Of a DNA stretch of 64,000 nucleotides, positions 1-10,742 are shown piece by piece (within the stretch, counting starts at the first letter, position 1; each line of letters begins with the position of its first letter). Source of the DNA: Monocercomonoides exilis PA203 (lineage: Eukaryota; Protista; Preaxostyla); the NCBI GenBank assembly GCA_001643675.2, contig LSRY02000031.1, positions 1,116,001 to 1,180,000 on the forward strand, in the 5' to 3' direction. The notes beneath the pieces were generated by a model. That model saw nothing but the letters and a program-made list of their open reading frames with translations, did no database searches and was not told where the DNA came from. The translations under genes were made by a program, and so were the position numbers.

Positions 1-356
1 ATTTTCTTCAATTTTTGCACTATATTCATTCACCATCATTTCCAGCAGTCTTTTCACCCTCAAATGCACAGATTTCCTGCTCTTCTGAAAAAAAGTGAGA
101 ATTTTGTCTTCTTTCTCACTTCCACTGTTTTCAGCCAATTACAAAATTTGCTTTTCCAGAATTCTTTAAAAACAAGATATTTTCCAAATGTCTTCCCAAA
201 AATGCAGCTGTCATCTGCACTTCACAGCCGTTTCTCATGTTCACCACAACCAAGGAGATATTTTCCATTTCAATAATCGTTCATGTTCACAAGCTCTGTG
301 AAGGTGATGGATGGAAATATCTTCACTGAAAATAGAATTATAAAAAATACAACCAT
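1..356 (-). pseudogene. Possible decayed 5' end of a secreted/surface protein gene (continues off window)
   Basis: Minus strand from ATG at 356 reads MVVFFIILFSVKIFPSITF (signal-peptide-like), then Cys/Gly-containing sequence interrupted by several stops. No diagnostic motif was found. Confidence 0.2.
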
Positions 357-808
357 ATATTTGTCCACATTGGCCATTTTGGAAAGTGCATTTCATTCAA
401 AAATGTTTTTCATAAGTCATCTCGCTCAATTCCATCATCAATGCATCCTTGCAGCTGTCTCATTCCCCCATGCAAAATAGTAATATCTCCAATGGTAAAT
501 GTGTTCTTTACCTGTACATCAGAATTTGCTTTATTTTAAGATAAAAGTGATTATCATTATTTTATATATTTTTGTACAACACATTAAAGTGCGGAAATCA
601 TTCTGAGTTGAAATAAAATTTTTCAAAGAAAATTTATCAAAAATGTTTTTTTGGGATGAGAAATATTTCATTTTCAAAATTATTTAAAAGTTGACATTGA
701 TTTTTTTGTAATTTTCATCACCTAAAAGAAGATTGCAAGGAAAAAGAAAACTGAATCTTTTTTCAGTGTTATCATCTGATTTCTAATGAGTTTCTGTACC
801 TCAAGATT

Positions 809-848
<40 letters not shown>

Positions 849-1361
849 TATCCCAAACCCTTAAAAATTTTTTGCAAAAAAGAAACTTATTCGTTTTCCA
901 GAAACCCTAAAATAGGGAATTTTTAACAATATCCTTTGACCTATGATATCAATATAATCTAATATATTATTTTTGTTGAACTTAATCCAATATTTAGCGG
1001 TTTCATAATAAAAAATTTTCACATGCATTCTATTTTCCTATTTTGTCTCTCAGCGAAGTTAATAAGAAATTCCAAGCCATTTCTTCTTCATTAAATGAAA
1101 GAATCATCATTAAATTACCTTTCTTTTAAAATAAGATATGTTTCAGTCAAGAAGAATTAAGGTAAATGCAGAAGATAGGGGTACCTATTTTTTTTGTTTG
1201 ATCCTAGAAAAAATGGTTTAAACAACAACAAATGGATATACATGTTATATTCACATCACTTAAAGTGAAATTTATTTGCACATTTTTGCAAACAAATTAT
1301 GCTCATTTTTTCAGAAAATATGGGATTGATCAGTTTTCATTATCATTTGATCCTGACTGAA

Positions 1362-2389
1362 ATGGAAACAAATATATCTATTTCGAGATATTAAAGAATG
1401 TTTATGGACCTTGATTGCGCTAGGACGTAGTATCGAGTGCAATTACTTAATTGCTGTTCCAAAAAATGCACGAATTGTCAAAAACCAATGAATTTATGTC
1501 TTAATATTGGGAAGCGTTGCTGAATATGTAAAAATTGCAAAAGAAAAATAAGTGTTTATACGGACACTTCGTTTTTCATGTCAAAGATTGGGATATCAAA
1601 ACTTCTGCAACTTTTGCTTTAATTATATATGAAATTTAATTTCAAACAAATCTCGTATTTAGTAGGCATAAGCAGAGATACTGTTTCATATTGGGCAAGT
1701 GTTTCTCGAACAGCTGTTTTTAACACTGTTGCGAAAATGGATTTGACATTGAGAGGATCAGGGTGCATCGTTGAAATAGATGAAGCCGTTCTTTGCAAAA
1801 GATAATTCAAAAAAGGAAGGGACAAGCAACAAATATGGATCTTTGGAATGGTGGAGCGAAAAACTGATCGTAACCAAGGAAAATGTTTGATAGTTCGTGT
1901 CGAAAACAGAAAGAAAGAAACTTTTTTACCCATTATTGAAATTTTCGTAAATAAGCAGACAACAGTTTATTCTGATGAGTGGCGCTCGAATTCCTGTTTG
2001 AATTCTTTGGGTTTTAAACATTCAACGGTTTGCCATAAGTATCGGTTCAAAGATAAAATAACATCTGCTTGCATAAACATAATCGAAGGGCTTTGGAGTA
2101 AATTAAGAAGGTTTTTACCACGAACAAGTACAAGATTAAAATTCTTAGATAATTATTTGGCAAGTTTTATGATGGAAAAAACAAACCTTCACAATTTCAC
2201 GAGTATGTGAGAATGATTCATGATTTTGTTCCTACAAAGGAGTACGAAAATCAAAAGGAGCAAATAAGAGATTTTGTCGATGAAAACACAGAAACTGATA
2301 GCGATATAACTCGAACAGCTGAAGGTTCATCGGACGAGGATCTAGGAGCAGGTGATGTCAGTGATGCTTCTGAATACATTAAAAATTGA
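1362..2389 (+). pseudogene. Merlin/IS1595-type DDE transposase pseudogene
   Basis: One frame gives a zinc ribbon (CTNCQKPM...C*ICKNCKRK), an HTH region, then GCIVEIDE...KR*FKKGR...WIFGMVER...VYSDEW...HSTVCHKYRF...NIIEGLWSKLRR...YLASFM. In-frame stops lie at about 1392, 1428, 1521, 1620 and 1803, with a frameshift near 2190 into the acidic tail ORF 2207-2389. Confidence 0.9.
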
Positions 2390-2439
2390 ATTCTTTAATA
2401 TTTTTTTCACATTCACAAAATATCTCAAGAATTCACTCA

Positions 2440-2687
2440 ATATGTCTAAATTTTTTTGAAAAGTTCCTTTTGTTTAATTTGCAAATAAAATAAAAATTTC
2501 ACATTACTCTCAAATTTCTGTTCACATAGACCAAATTTTTCTGTGATGGAAACAAATACTTGATAATGATATTATATTCATTCTCATGAAATCTTGTGAG
2601 TGAAAACAGAAATCTGATCGAAATATTAAATTTTTATTTTGAATGAAAATTAAACGAAAGGAACTTTTCAAAAAAATTTAGACATAT
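2440..2687. mobile_element. Non-autonomous MITE-like insertion nested in the Merlin element
   Basis: 41-bp TIRs: ATATGTCTAAATTTTTTTGAAAAGTTCCTTTTGTTTAATTT (2440-2480) vs 2647-2687, with one mismatch. An exact 5-bp direct repeat ACTCA lies at 2435-2439 and 2688-2692. There is no ORF. Confidence 0.75.
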
Positions 2688-3269
2688 ACTCATTTATTTC
2701 CTTTAAACAGCATAGAAATTGTCAATGAAGCTTTTTGAGTACAAACAAAAATTTTTCTATTAAAAAAATTGGTACCCCTATCTTCTGCCCTTTCCAAAAT
2801 TAAAAAAGATTCTCAAAAAATGTGATTCTTTTGATCAAAAAAATTTCAAAAAAATTTTTTTAAATGTTTCCGCACATAATAAATTGCTTTAAATAGCAAA
2901 TATGATAATAATATAATGAAATAAATTGATTATATCGATTTTTGAATGTTCCGGTATAATACCCATATGCCTCTCCAATTCTGTAGAAAATATTCTCTCA
3001 ATGATCTCTCATCCTGTCAATGGGCATTTTTGTTCAAAAAATGTAATTCGATCAGACCTTCCATTACAAATAACAGAAAAAGACAAAGCGTTTTTTTTTC
3101 TCTGCAATTACGCTTCAAGAAAACTAAAAATTGAAAGAATGGTGTGAATACAGATATTTCTTTGGTAGTGCGAAGATTTTGTTCCATTTATTTTTTCTCT
3201 TTTGTTGCATTTTGGTTTTAATTTGAATGGCAATATCATTGTTTTCTGATTGTGATATTTTCTTCGAAA

Positions 3270-4669
3270 ATGCAGGAGAATGGTGCAACGAAAACATTTT
3301 TCAGTTTGTCAACATTTTTGCATTTGAATCGCTGATGAATGCATCATTTCTTTGTTTTTATTTTCAGAATTGTTTTCTGAGCTGGAAGATTGCAAAGAGG
3401 AAGAACAGAAAGTGAAAATCGAAGAGATAAATGGGGTAATTGATGGAATGGATAAAAGAGAGTTTATATCCATTTTCACAAAAGAACAGTTCGATAAAAT
3501 GTACAAGATGATTGAAGAAAATAAAATGTCGATGGAAAATGCCATTCTGATGTTGAAACACATAGGTTATCTGAAAGAACTGAAATTCATTAGCAATTTA
3601 AGTTTTGAAAGGTCTTTGCTAAGCAAAAGATTTGAGGAAATGATTGCTGATGGAAATGAGAAGAAATATACAAAGAACGAAAAACTTTTGGCTGATCTTT
3701 GGGAATGCCATCTCTTGAATAAATGCAATGTTACTTCAAATGAAACACTAAACACATACATACGTCGCCTTCTGAAAATTGCATCGAATAAAGAGGGAAA
3801 AGAAGAAATTAGAAAAGAAGTGGAAATGGCTTTACTTGCATTAAGCAATGTTAAATTTTATGTATGATTATTTCTGTTTCCTTTTTGATGTTATTGTTTT
3901 TGCCCATATTTTTTTTTGCAAGAGAATACTTAAAAAGCTGTATTTGGAAGAAATATCAGAAATCATCCAACATCATCAGAAGCATCGCAATCTAACTCAA
4001 CTTGCCTATCAATCAGCTTGGGGGTTTTTGATGAACAGATTTGACAATGAAAATAGCTTGGGAGATGCCATTGTGAATGAGCTTCATTTTGCGAGAGAAG
4101 CAGCGAGAGAACTTGAAGAGCTGTCGAAAGGTGTGGATTGGAAGAGAGGAAAAGAAACCAAAGAAGAATTCATTTTATTGAGATGGTTCAGAACTTTGGA
4201 CTCTTTCTTTTATTTATGCAAGTTGTGGAATGAAGAATTTGCTGGGCTTATTGAAAGCATTGTTCGGGTGCTTCGAACAGCAAAGGATAGTTACGGAGAA
4301 ATAAGCAAAAAATGTGCTTTTTCTTTAAGAAGAGCAGCAGATAGCACAGGCGTGAAAATTGAAGACTTGCTGAAAGGGGGAGCAGTTGGAGTTGTTTTGG
4401 AGGAAATTCAGCAATCAACAATTGATCACAAAACAGCATATGATTGCTTGAATTTTTTTTATTTCATTTCATGGCGAATGGAAGAAAAGGGGTATGACAA
4501 AATGAAAGAGGCAAAGAGAAAGATAACCAAAAGGGAGTTGTTTGAAAAGATGGAAGAAGAAGGGTATGAAGATACCATCGCAAGCTTTTACGGATTACTC
4601 CGTTTTCTTAATAAAAAATATGTTGATAAATTGCCGACGAAAATTTCAGTCTATTTTATGTATGATTGA
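3270..4669 (+). CDS. Lineage-specific alpha-helical (ARM-like) repeat-family protein, copy 1, 3 exons
   Basis: Model: 3270-3303, 3368-3861, 3923-4669 (GT-AG introns), giving MQENGATKTFFK-LFSELED...KEVEMALLALS...HRNLTQLAYQSAW...EKMEEEGYED. It is colinear with the paralogue at 53048-54514, with the same intron positions. Confidence 0.8.
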
Positions 4670-5330
4670 GAAAATGAATTGAATTTTGTAACTCAGATAT
4701 TTTATTTTTTTTCCCCCATCATTTCACAAAATACCCAAAATAATCGATTATTTATTGTGTTTTTGGTAAAAAGTGCATTATTTCTCTTCATTCAAGTGAA
4801 ATGAAACAACAAAAAAAGAGCATTCAGCAAATTGTTTAATGACTTCAATTCTCTCCCTTCATCCAATGTTTCATCAAAAAAAAAAAAAAAAAAAAAAAAA
4901 CATTCTTCAAATTCTGCGTTCACTCATTTGCATGTATTTTCTGGAAGCTTTCTTCTCTGCCTTTTCCAGTTGAAACTGCATTGCTTTCTTTGCGATGATG
5001 ATTAAAATGAGAAAGAAGAAGAATATGAAGAAAGATATTTTCCCTTTGTGCGCAAACTGTATTATTCGGAAAATAACTGAAATAAGTGGTATTTCATTGA
5101 AATCTTGGAGAAAAAAGGTATTTTCATAAATTATGATCCCATCAGAACAATAAATTTGAGTATTGCTTGAAGATTTCATTGATCGTCGAAACATTTCTGC
5201 TTCAATTGGCACTCAATCAGAAGAAACAATGAAGGCGTAAAGAAAATCTTTGGTAGACGAACTTCCTCAATGTTTCCTGTCGATCAGCTTTAATATAAAT
5301 AATTTGTGGCTTCCTTCATTATTTTTATAG

Positions 5331-5372
5331 TTTTTTTTCTTTTTCTTTCTCTTTCTCTTTCTTTCTTTCTAT

Positions 5373-5412
<40 letters not shown>

Positions 5413-5470
5413 CTAACTATCTTTTCTTTTCTTTTCTTTTCTTTTCTTTTCTTTTCTTTTCTTTTCTTTC
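5331..5470. repeat. Compound microsatellite (CT-rich, (CTAA)n, (CTTTT)n)
   Basis: Directly visible tandem CTAA at about 5374-5420 and CTTTT at about 5421-5465. Confidence 0.9.
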
Positions 5471-5899
5471 ATTGTCTTCAAACATTATCAAACCTAATCA
5501 TATTTGCATTTTTCTTTCTTTTTCTATCTTTTTCTGCTCAAATATTTTGATGTTGAATCGTTTTCATCAAAATTTTTGCTGTCACAGTCTTCTTCCTTAT
5601 TCATCTCTTTTCTTGTTTCATACTTTTTCTTTTCTTCTCTTCCAATCTTTCTCTTTCATTCTCTTCTTCCTCTTCTTCCTCTTCATTCTCTCTCTTCATT
5701 CTTCAAAACAATCACTTTTCCCCTTCTATTTCTTTGTTTCCCTTCAAATCCTCCTTCGCTTCTGTTATCTATTTGACATCCATCTGCACTTCCTTCTTCT
5801 GAAAAGAGCTGGTATTTCTTCGTTTTCTTCGTTTCTATCAACTCCTTTGCACTTTTGCCTTTTCCAAAAATTCCTTTTTTATTTTTTCCCTTTTTTTTT

Positions 5900-8350
5900 G
5901 CAGATAAAGGATTTCTTTTAATCATCTGCACAAACAAAGAAATTAATGCTATGTTTGACCAGCCAAACGAAGAAAGATGCTCAATTTCATCGAAAGTGGC
6001 TGAAAGATATCAGATGATCAATCAGCTTAAAATGAAGAATGCGAAGAAGGTGCAGAGGAAGGAGAAAGAGAAAGAGAATGAGGAAATGAAAGAGAAGAAG
6101 AGGAGGAGGAGGATGAAGAGGAAGAGGAAGAAGAAGAAGGAGAAGGAGAAGAAGGAGAAGAAGGAGAAGAAGGAGAAGAAGGAGAAGGAGAAGAAGGAGA
6201 AGGAGAAGATAAAAACGAAGAAACTGAACGAAGAGTCATACAAATTCATTTTCCATGAACAACCTTTGAATCCTCATCATCTGCAGTTGAAAAGAAAACT
6301 GTTTCTGAAGTAGAAAGATAATCTTTGCAAACAGCAGAAACTTCGCCTTGTGTATAGTCTGTTTTTCTGCTTCAGCCATACGATTCTTGTGAATGAACTA
6401 GAACTGCTGATGAGATTTCTTTGGCAAGCAAAAAAATAAAAGATGATTGAAGAAAGCAGATGAAGAAAGATGATATCGATGCAGGAGAGAGAGAGAGAGA
6501 GAGACACAATACGAAGATCAAAATGTTCACCACCAGCTGCTCTATCAGAGGCAGTCCCATTGTCAATCAGCTTGTCCATCTCTTTTTTCGAGCAGGATTG
6601 AGCTGCAGTCAGAATGACTCGAACAACTTTGAAGGGTTTCAGATATGTCTGTGCGATGAATAAGAAAAAGAACAGAAACACAACTTGAAGGAAAATGAAG
6701 CATCAGAAGTTTTAGAAGCAGCAGCGGCTTCATGTTCAATGACTCGCTTGGTGTTATTAGCACAAGCATCGTGTCTGCTTCTCGATGATTGAAGTGATTT
6801 TGACTACGTCTTTAGCTTTGGCTTTGGCTTTAACTTAAACTTTGGCTTTTGTTGTAGCAGAATAGCAATATCTGACTCGATGATATCACAAGCAATGCTC
6901 CTTCTGCTTCACAATTTGCATTATGCTCATTGTCTGTCCCATCTGCTCTTTCCTTCTCTCCTCAAGACAGTTTCATTGGATCTCAATCTGATTGCTTTTT
7001 TTAAAGAGAATCAGCAGCGTCTTAGTGATTTGCCTCCACACATTCACATTCTGCTCCATTTAAATGAACATATTCACCTGCTGAAATCGGCTTGTCCACA
7101 AAAGAGTATTCAGGCGAAAAATAAAAATTGGATAAAGTGCGCTGAATGAATGAGGAACGGTCCATTTGAAATTATTTATCCAAAAACACTCATTTTGTAA
7201 TTCAAATTCACCGCAAACACTTAAAATGCCTTCAGCGCTTCCTTTGTGTAATCCAATTTTGCTGTATCTGTGATTCTTCATGTTTGGCTCAGAAATGACT
7301 TCTGAGTGCTCCTCTTTCCCTTCATCCACAATTACCTCTGATGGAAGCAGAATTTGTTTGGCTTATTTATCTGCGCTTGGAAGAAGGCACCAGCTGCAGG
7401 TTGTTTGGCTGGATTTCAAATATCTCCGAAGTTTAAATCTGATTCAGTGAATTGGTTGTGTCGCTTCATTTTATCTTCCACATTGGCCACTGTAATAAAA
7501 TGAGAGAGATAAGACAACAAGTTCAGTAGAGAAGATTATTTTTCCTCTTTCTTGAAAAATCCCCAGTTCAGTTGTCAAGAATTCCGCAACGTTCGTTTAT
7601 GAACTGCAGAAATGGCATTTCTTCAACCGAAAAAGAATGTTTTAAGCTCCCCCTTTTGGAGCGGATTACAATGAAACAACGACACAATTTGCTTATTGTT
7701 TTTTTTCTTAATTCATCTGTTCTCCGCAAATAGGCTTGTCTTCTCGCCTTTTCTCTCTTCACCGCTTTCGCTTGCCCACTTTTCTGCGGCTCCTCCTGTC
7801 CAACCAGATTTTGCAATTGAACCGCTTGCTCATCGGCTTTCGCCATCTGCTCATTCATCGTCTGTCATGCTCTCATCTTCTGCCAGCTGTATAAAGAGTG
7901 TATATTTGATTCAACCTATGGAAGCTTCGTATAAAAGTCAAGCTCTACAAAGTCGAACTAAGCCTTTTTTAAGCTCTGCATAAGCTCCAGATGCTCCGAT
8001 GAAAATCGTTTCTCTGCCCCTTTTGTTACAAACTCTGCTTAGTTATCTTATTTCGTTGCTTATTCTGCTGTAGTCTCCAGCCTAAAGAGAAGTGTTTCAC
8101 TCCGTATATCATTTGGACACGAAAATATATAAAAACATCATATGACGAATGGACAGGTGTTGTTTATTTGCCTATACATCGAAGTTTGCAACAAATACAA
8201 AAGCTGATAAGAAAGCAAGCAGTTCGCTCTCATCAGTGGATATGTAAATTTCGATGATCGAAAGCATCCTTTTGATTAAGCAATTTCACAAAGGATGCAA
8301 ATTCTTCAAGAAGCGCAAGAAATTCTGAAAGATCAAACAGTTCAATAATA
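5900..8350. pseudogene. Degenerate coding-like region of unknown family, with a (GAAGGA)n low-complexity tract at about 6050-6210
   Basis: Higher GC than the flanks. Several short protein-like ORF fragments on the minus strand (6277-6681, 7060-7329, 7568-7858) are broken by stops. No recognisable domain. Confidence 0.25.
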
Positions 8351-10742
8351 GTTTTATGTTTTTCATTTAATTCTTTTGCCTCCGTTCAATCTTTGAAAAG
8401 TTCTTTGATATGTCAAACGAAAAAATGTGATAAAACAAACAGATGAATGAAATAATTAAAAAGATTGCAAAAATAAAACGCAAAAGAAAAATAAAATACT
8501 TTATTTTTTTAAAATCAATTTCAGTTTTTCATCTCAATTTTCAAGCATATAAAAGAAGTAAATTATAACAAAATAAAAATTAAAAGGATGTACATACCTC
8601 AAAAGAAAAAAATATTCACTAATCCTAACTGTTTCTCTTTGAAATAATATTTTGAATTTCTTTTAAAATATGTTGATTTCTTCTCGAAATATCAGGGGAA
8701 AGCCGAGCATATAGAAAGTTGCATTTTATTCCATTCAATTTCTTCAATAGTTCCTTTTAGACGCAAGTTTGAAACAAATGAATGGAGAATTTGACCCATA
8801 AAAATTTTATGACCTTTAAAATTTGAATATCTTTTCAATAATAAAAATTAAAAACAACAAAAAAATCAATGAAAATGGAAAAATAATTCGAAAATTGGGA
8901 AATATTATGAACATGCTTTTTTCATTTTTCAAAAAGTTGAGAGTTGCATCTTCAAAATCATTATAAAATTTAACAACACAAAATCCTTTTGATTAAAAAG
9001 AAAATAATCTTTTTTAGCTTCATATATTTTTTATTTTCATATATTCAACAATTTTTGGAAATGTTCAAATTTTATTACTAATACCATAATAACATATGAA
9101 TTCCAGAGTTTTTTCTTTTCCATATTCCGGAGTTTCATGAATATATTGAGGACTGTTTCATGATGAAACTTGCACAAAGAATTATTTATTTTACATTTTT
9201 TCATGAATGAAGAGGGAATTGTCAGTTTGTTCCAGTTATTTTTGTTTGAAGAAAATTGCTCATTTTGAAGGCAGATGAAGCACAAATATTTTTAATTACT
9301 TTCCCTCCTGCTCGAAAATTTGTATTTTTGCAGAAACTCCACTTTTATTGCAAACCCTTATGATATGAATGACAGAATGGATTGCTTATCAAAATATGAT
9401 TCATTCAATTTCATTCCAAGTGATTCCTGAGCAAAAATAATCATATAAAAAATTACTGCTTGTTTTTATATGTGTTTCTTTTTGGCCAATTTCATTTACT
9501 TCAGAAATGCTGCAATTGGTTCGAAAATCCAAAAGAAATGATTGTTATTCCAGACTCGAATCTGAAGGGAAAACAGACCCAGATCAAAAACAACAGAAGC
9601 GCCAAAGGAATTGAAGGTTTGATGCTTTCTTTTATAAAAATTATTTTTGATAAATGTATTTAAGGAAAGTTCTGTTCAGTTGTTAAAAAAATGAATTATT
9701 TTAATTATCGATCCAGAGAAACTCACAAATCCTTCTCCGATTGCACAAAGCTGTGAATGACATAACAACTCAATAGCAAAAATGGAAGTGTGGAATATAT
9801 TTTCTTAGAAAAGAGTAATTTCTATGATTGAGCAATCTCCAAATCTCCTCTTATTCATCAAAACACAATAACTAATGCTCAATAAATGCAAGAAAAGGCT
9901 TGTTTAAGACGCTTTTGAAGGATCAGGAAAATATCTGAAAATGGCAGAATTTCATTGGAATACTGGTCAAGAAAGCTCTGGAGCGAGATTGATTCAAAAA
10001 TTAATTGGAAATTAGAAAAATAAAGGTGAATAAAGTTCTGATGGAAAACATAATTTGCAACAAAGAAGAAGAAATTCTGAAAAACAGTAGATAAGAAATA
10101 GATGAAAGCAAAATGAGGATCATTTGAAGGAACAAATGAAGAAAAATCAGAAAAGAGAAAGAACAGAGGATGGTGAATCAAAATCAATTTCTTTCTGAAA
10201 AAACAGGAAAAATGGAATTCCAATAAAAAGAGTTGCAGGAAAATATAGTTTTGAATGCACGATGAAGAGTCGAAACAATTTTTACTGAATGAGGCAAAAG
10301 CAGTAATTTGCAGATTAAGATCAGCCAGATTTATTTCTTGGTATATTGATTTTTTTTATTTTCTTTTTTTGATATTTTTTTTCTCTGTTTGTATTTTTCA
10401 GGAATCTTTGAAATCAAGTGAAGAAAAAATGAAGATATCAGATGAAAGCCAACAATTTAACTAAAAAGGAGCTGAAGGGATGAAGAATTTCATTCAAACA
10501 GTATTTGTTGAAATAGACAAGAATCTTAATTATTGAAGAAAAAAATGAAAAAATCTACTGAAGATGGCAGTTTTTTGGAATTAATATTCAAATTGAATGG
10601 TTCAGAAAAATGGAGATAAAAGCAGTGAATTGAATATCGAAAATGGAATTTGTGCAGGAAATTATGTTTTTTAAATATTTGGACAGATAATGGAATATAA
10701 TCAAAAATATGGGATCATGAACCCATAATCATCACTGAAACA

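Larger units (their letters stand above)
1161..2795 (+). mobile_element. Merlin / IS1595-superfamily DNA transposon (degenerate copy)
   Basis: 25-bp imperfect TIRs: GGTAAATGCAGAAGATAGGGGTACC (1161-1185) vs the reverse complement of 2771-2795, GGAAAGGGCAGAAGATAGGGGTACC (22/25). The flanking 8-mers AGAATTAA (1153-1160) and AAAATTAA (2796-2803) match 7/8, and 8 bp is the TSD length typical of Merlin/IS1595. The element encloses a DDE transposase remnant. Confidence 0.9.

Noticed and set aside
1362-1850. In-frame TAA/TAG/TGA in the transposase as evidence of an alternative genetic code (known in some oxymonads)
   Set aside because: All three stop types occur and fall at Lys/Trp-type consensus positions (KR*F, C*IC), alongside a frameshift. 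Intact genes (CDC48, TLK) end in TAA. This is ordinary decay.
589-2875. GTGCGGAAA (589-597) / TTTCCGCAC (2867-2875) inverted match around the Merlin element
   Set aside because: Only 9 bp are exact, with weak AT-rich similarity around them and no TSD, so it cannot be distinguished from chance.
4866-4900. TTTCATC followed by poly(A), here and at about 52738-52780, as retroposon tails
   Set aside because: No convincing shared upstream body or TSD was seen, and long A/T homopolymers are scattered throughout the window.
5374-5420. (CTAA)n as an interstitial telomere or branch-point array
   Set aside because: It is a short 4-mer repeat embedded in a compound microsatellite, is not TTAGGG, and has no gene model to link it to.
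8400-10700. Short ORFs in the AT-rich region upstream of receptor 1 (also 18600-20400 and 41450-42800)
   Set aside because: Low-complexity F/L/I/K-rich translations with no motifs or coherent exon chain.
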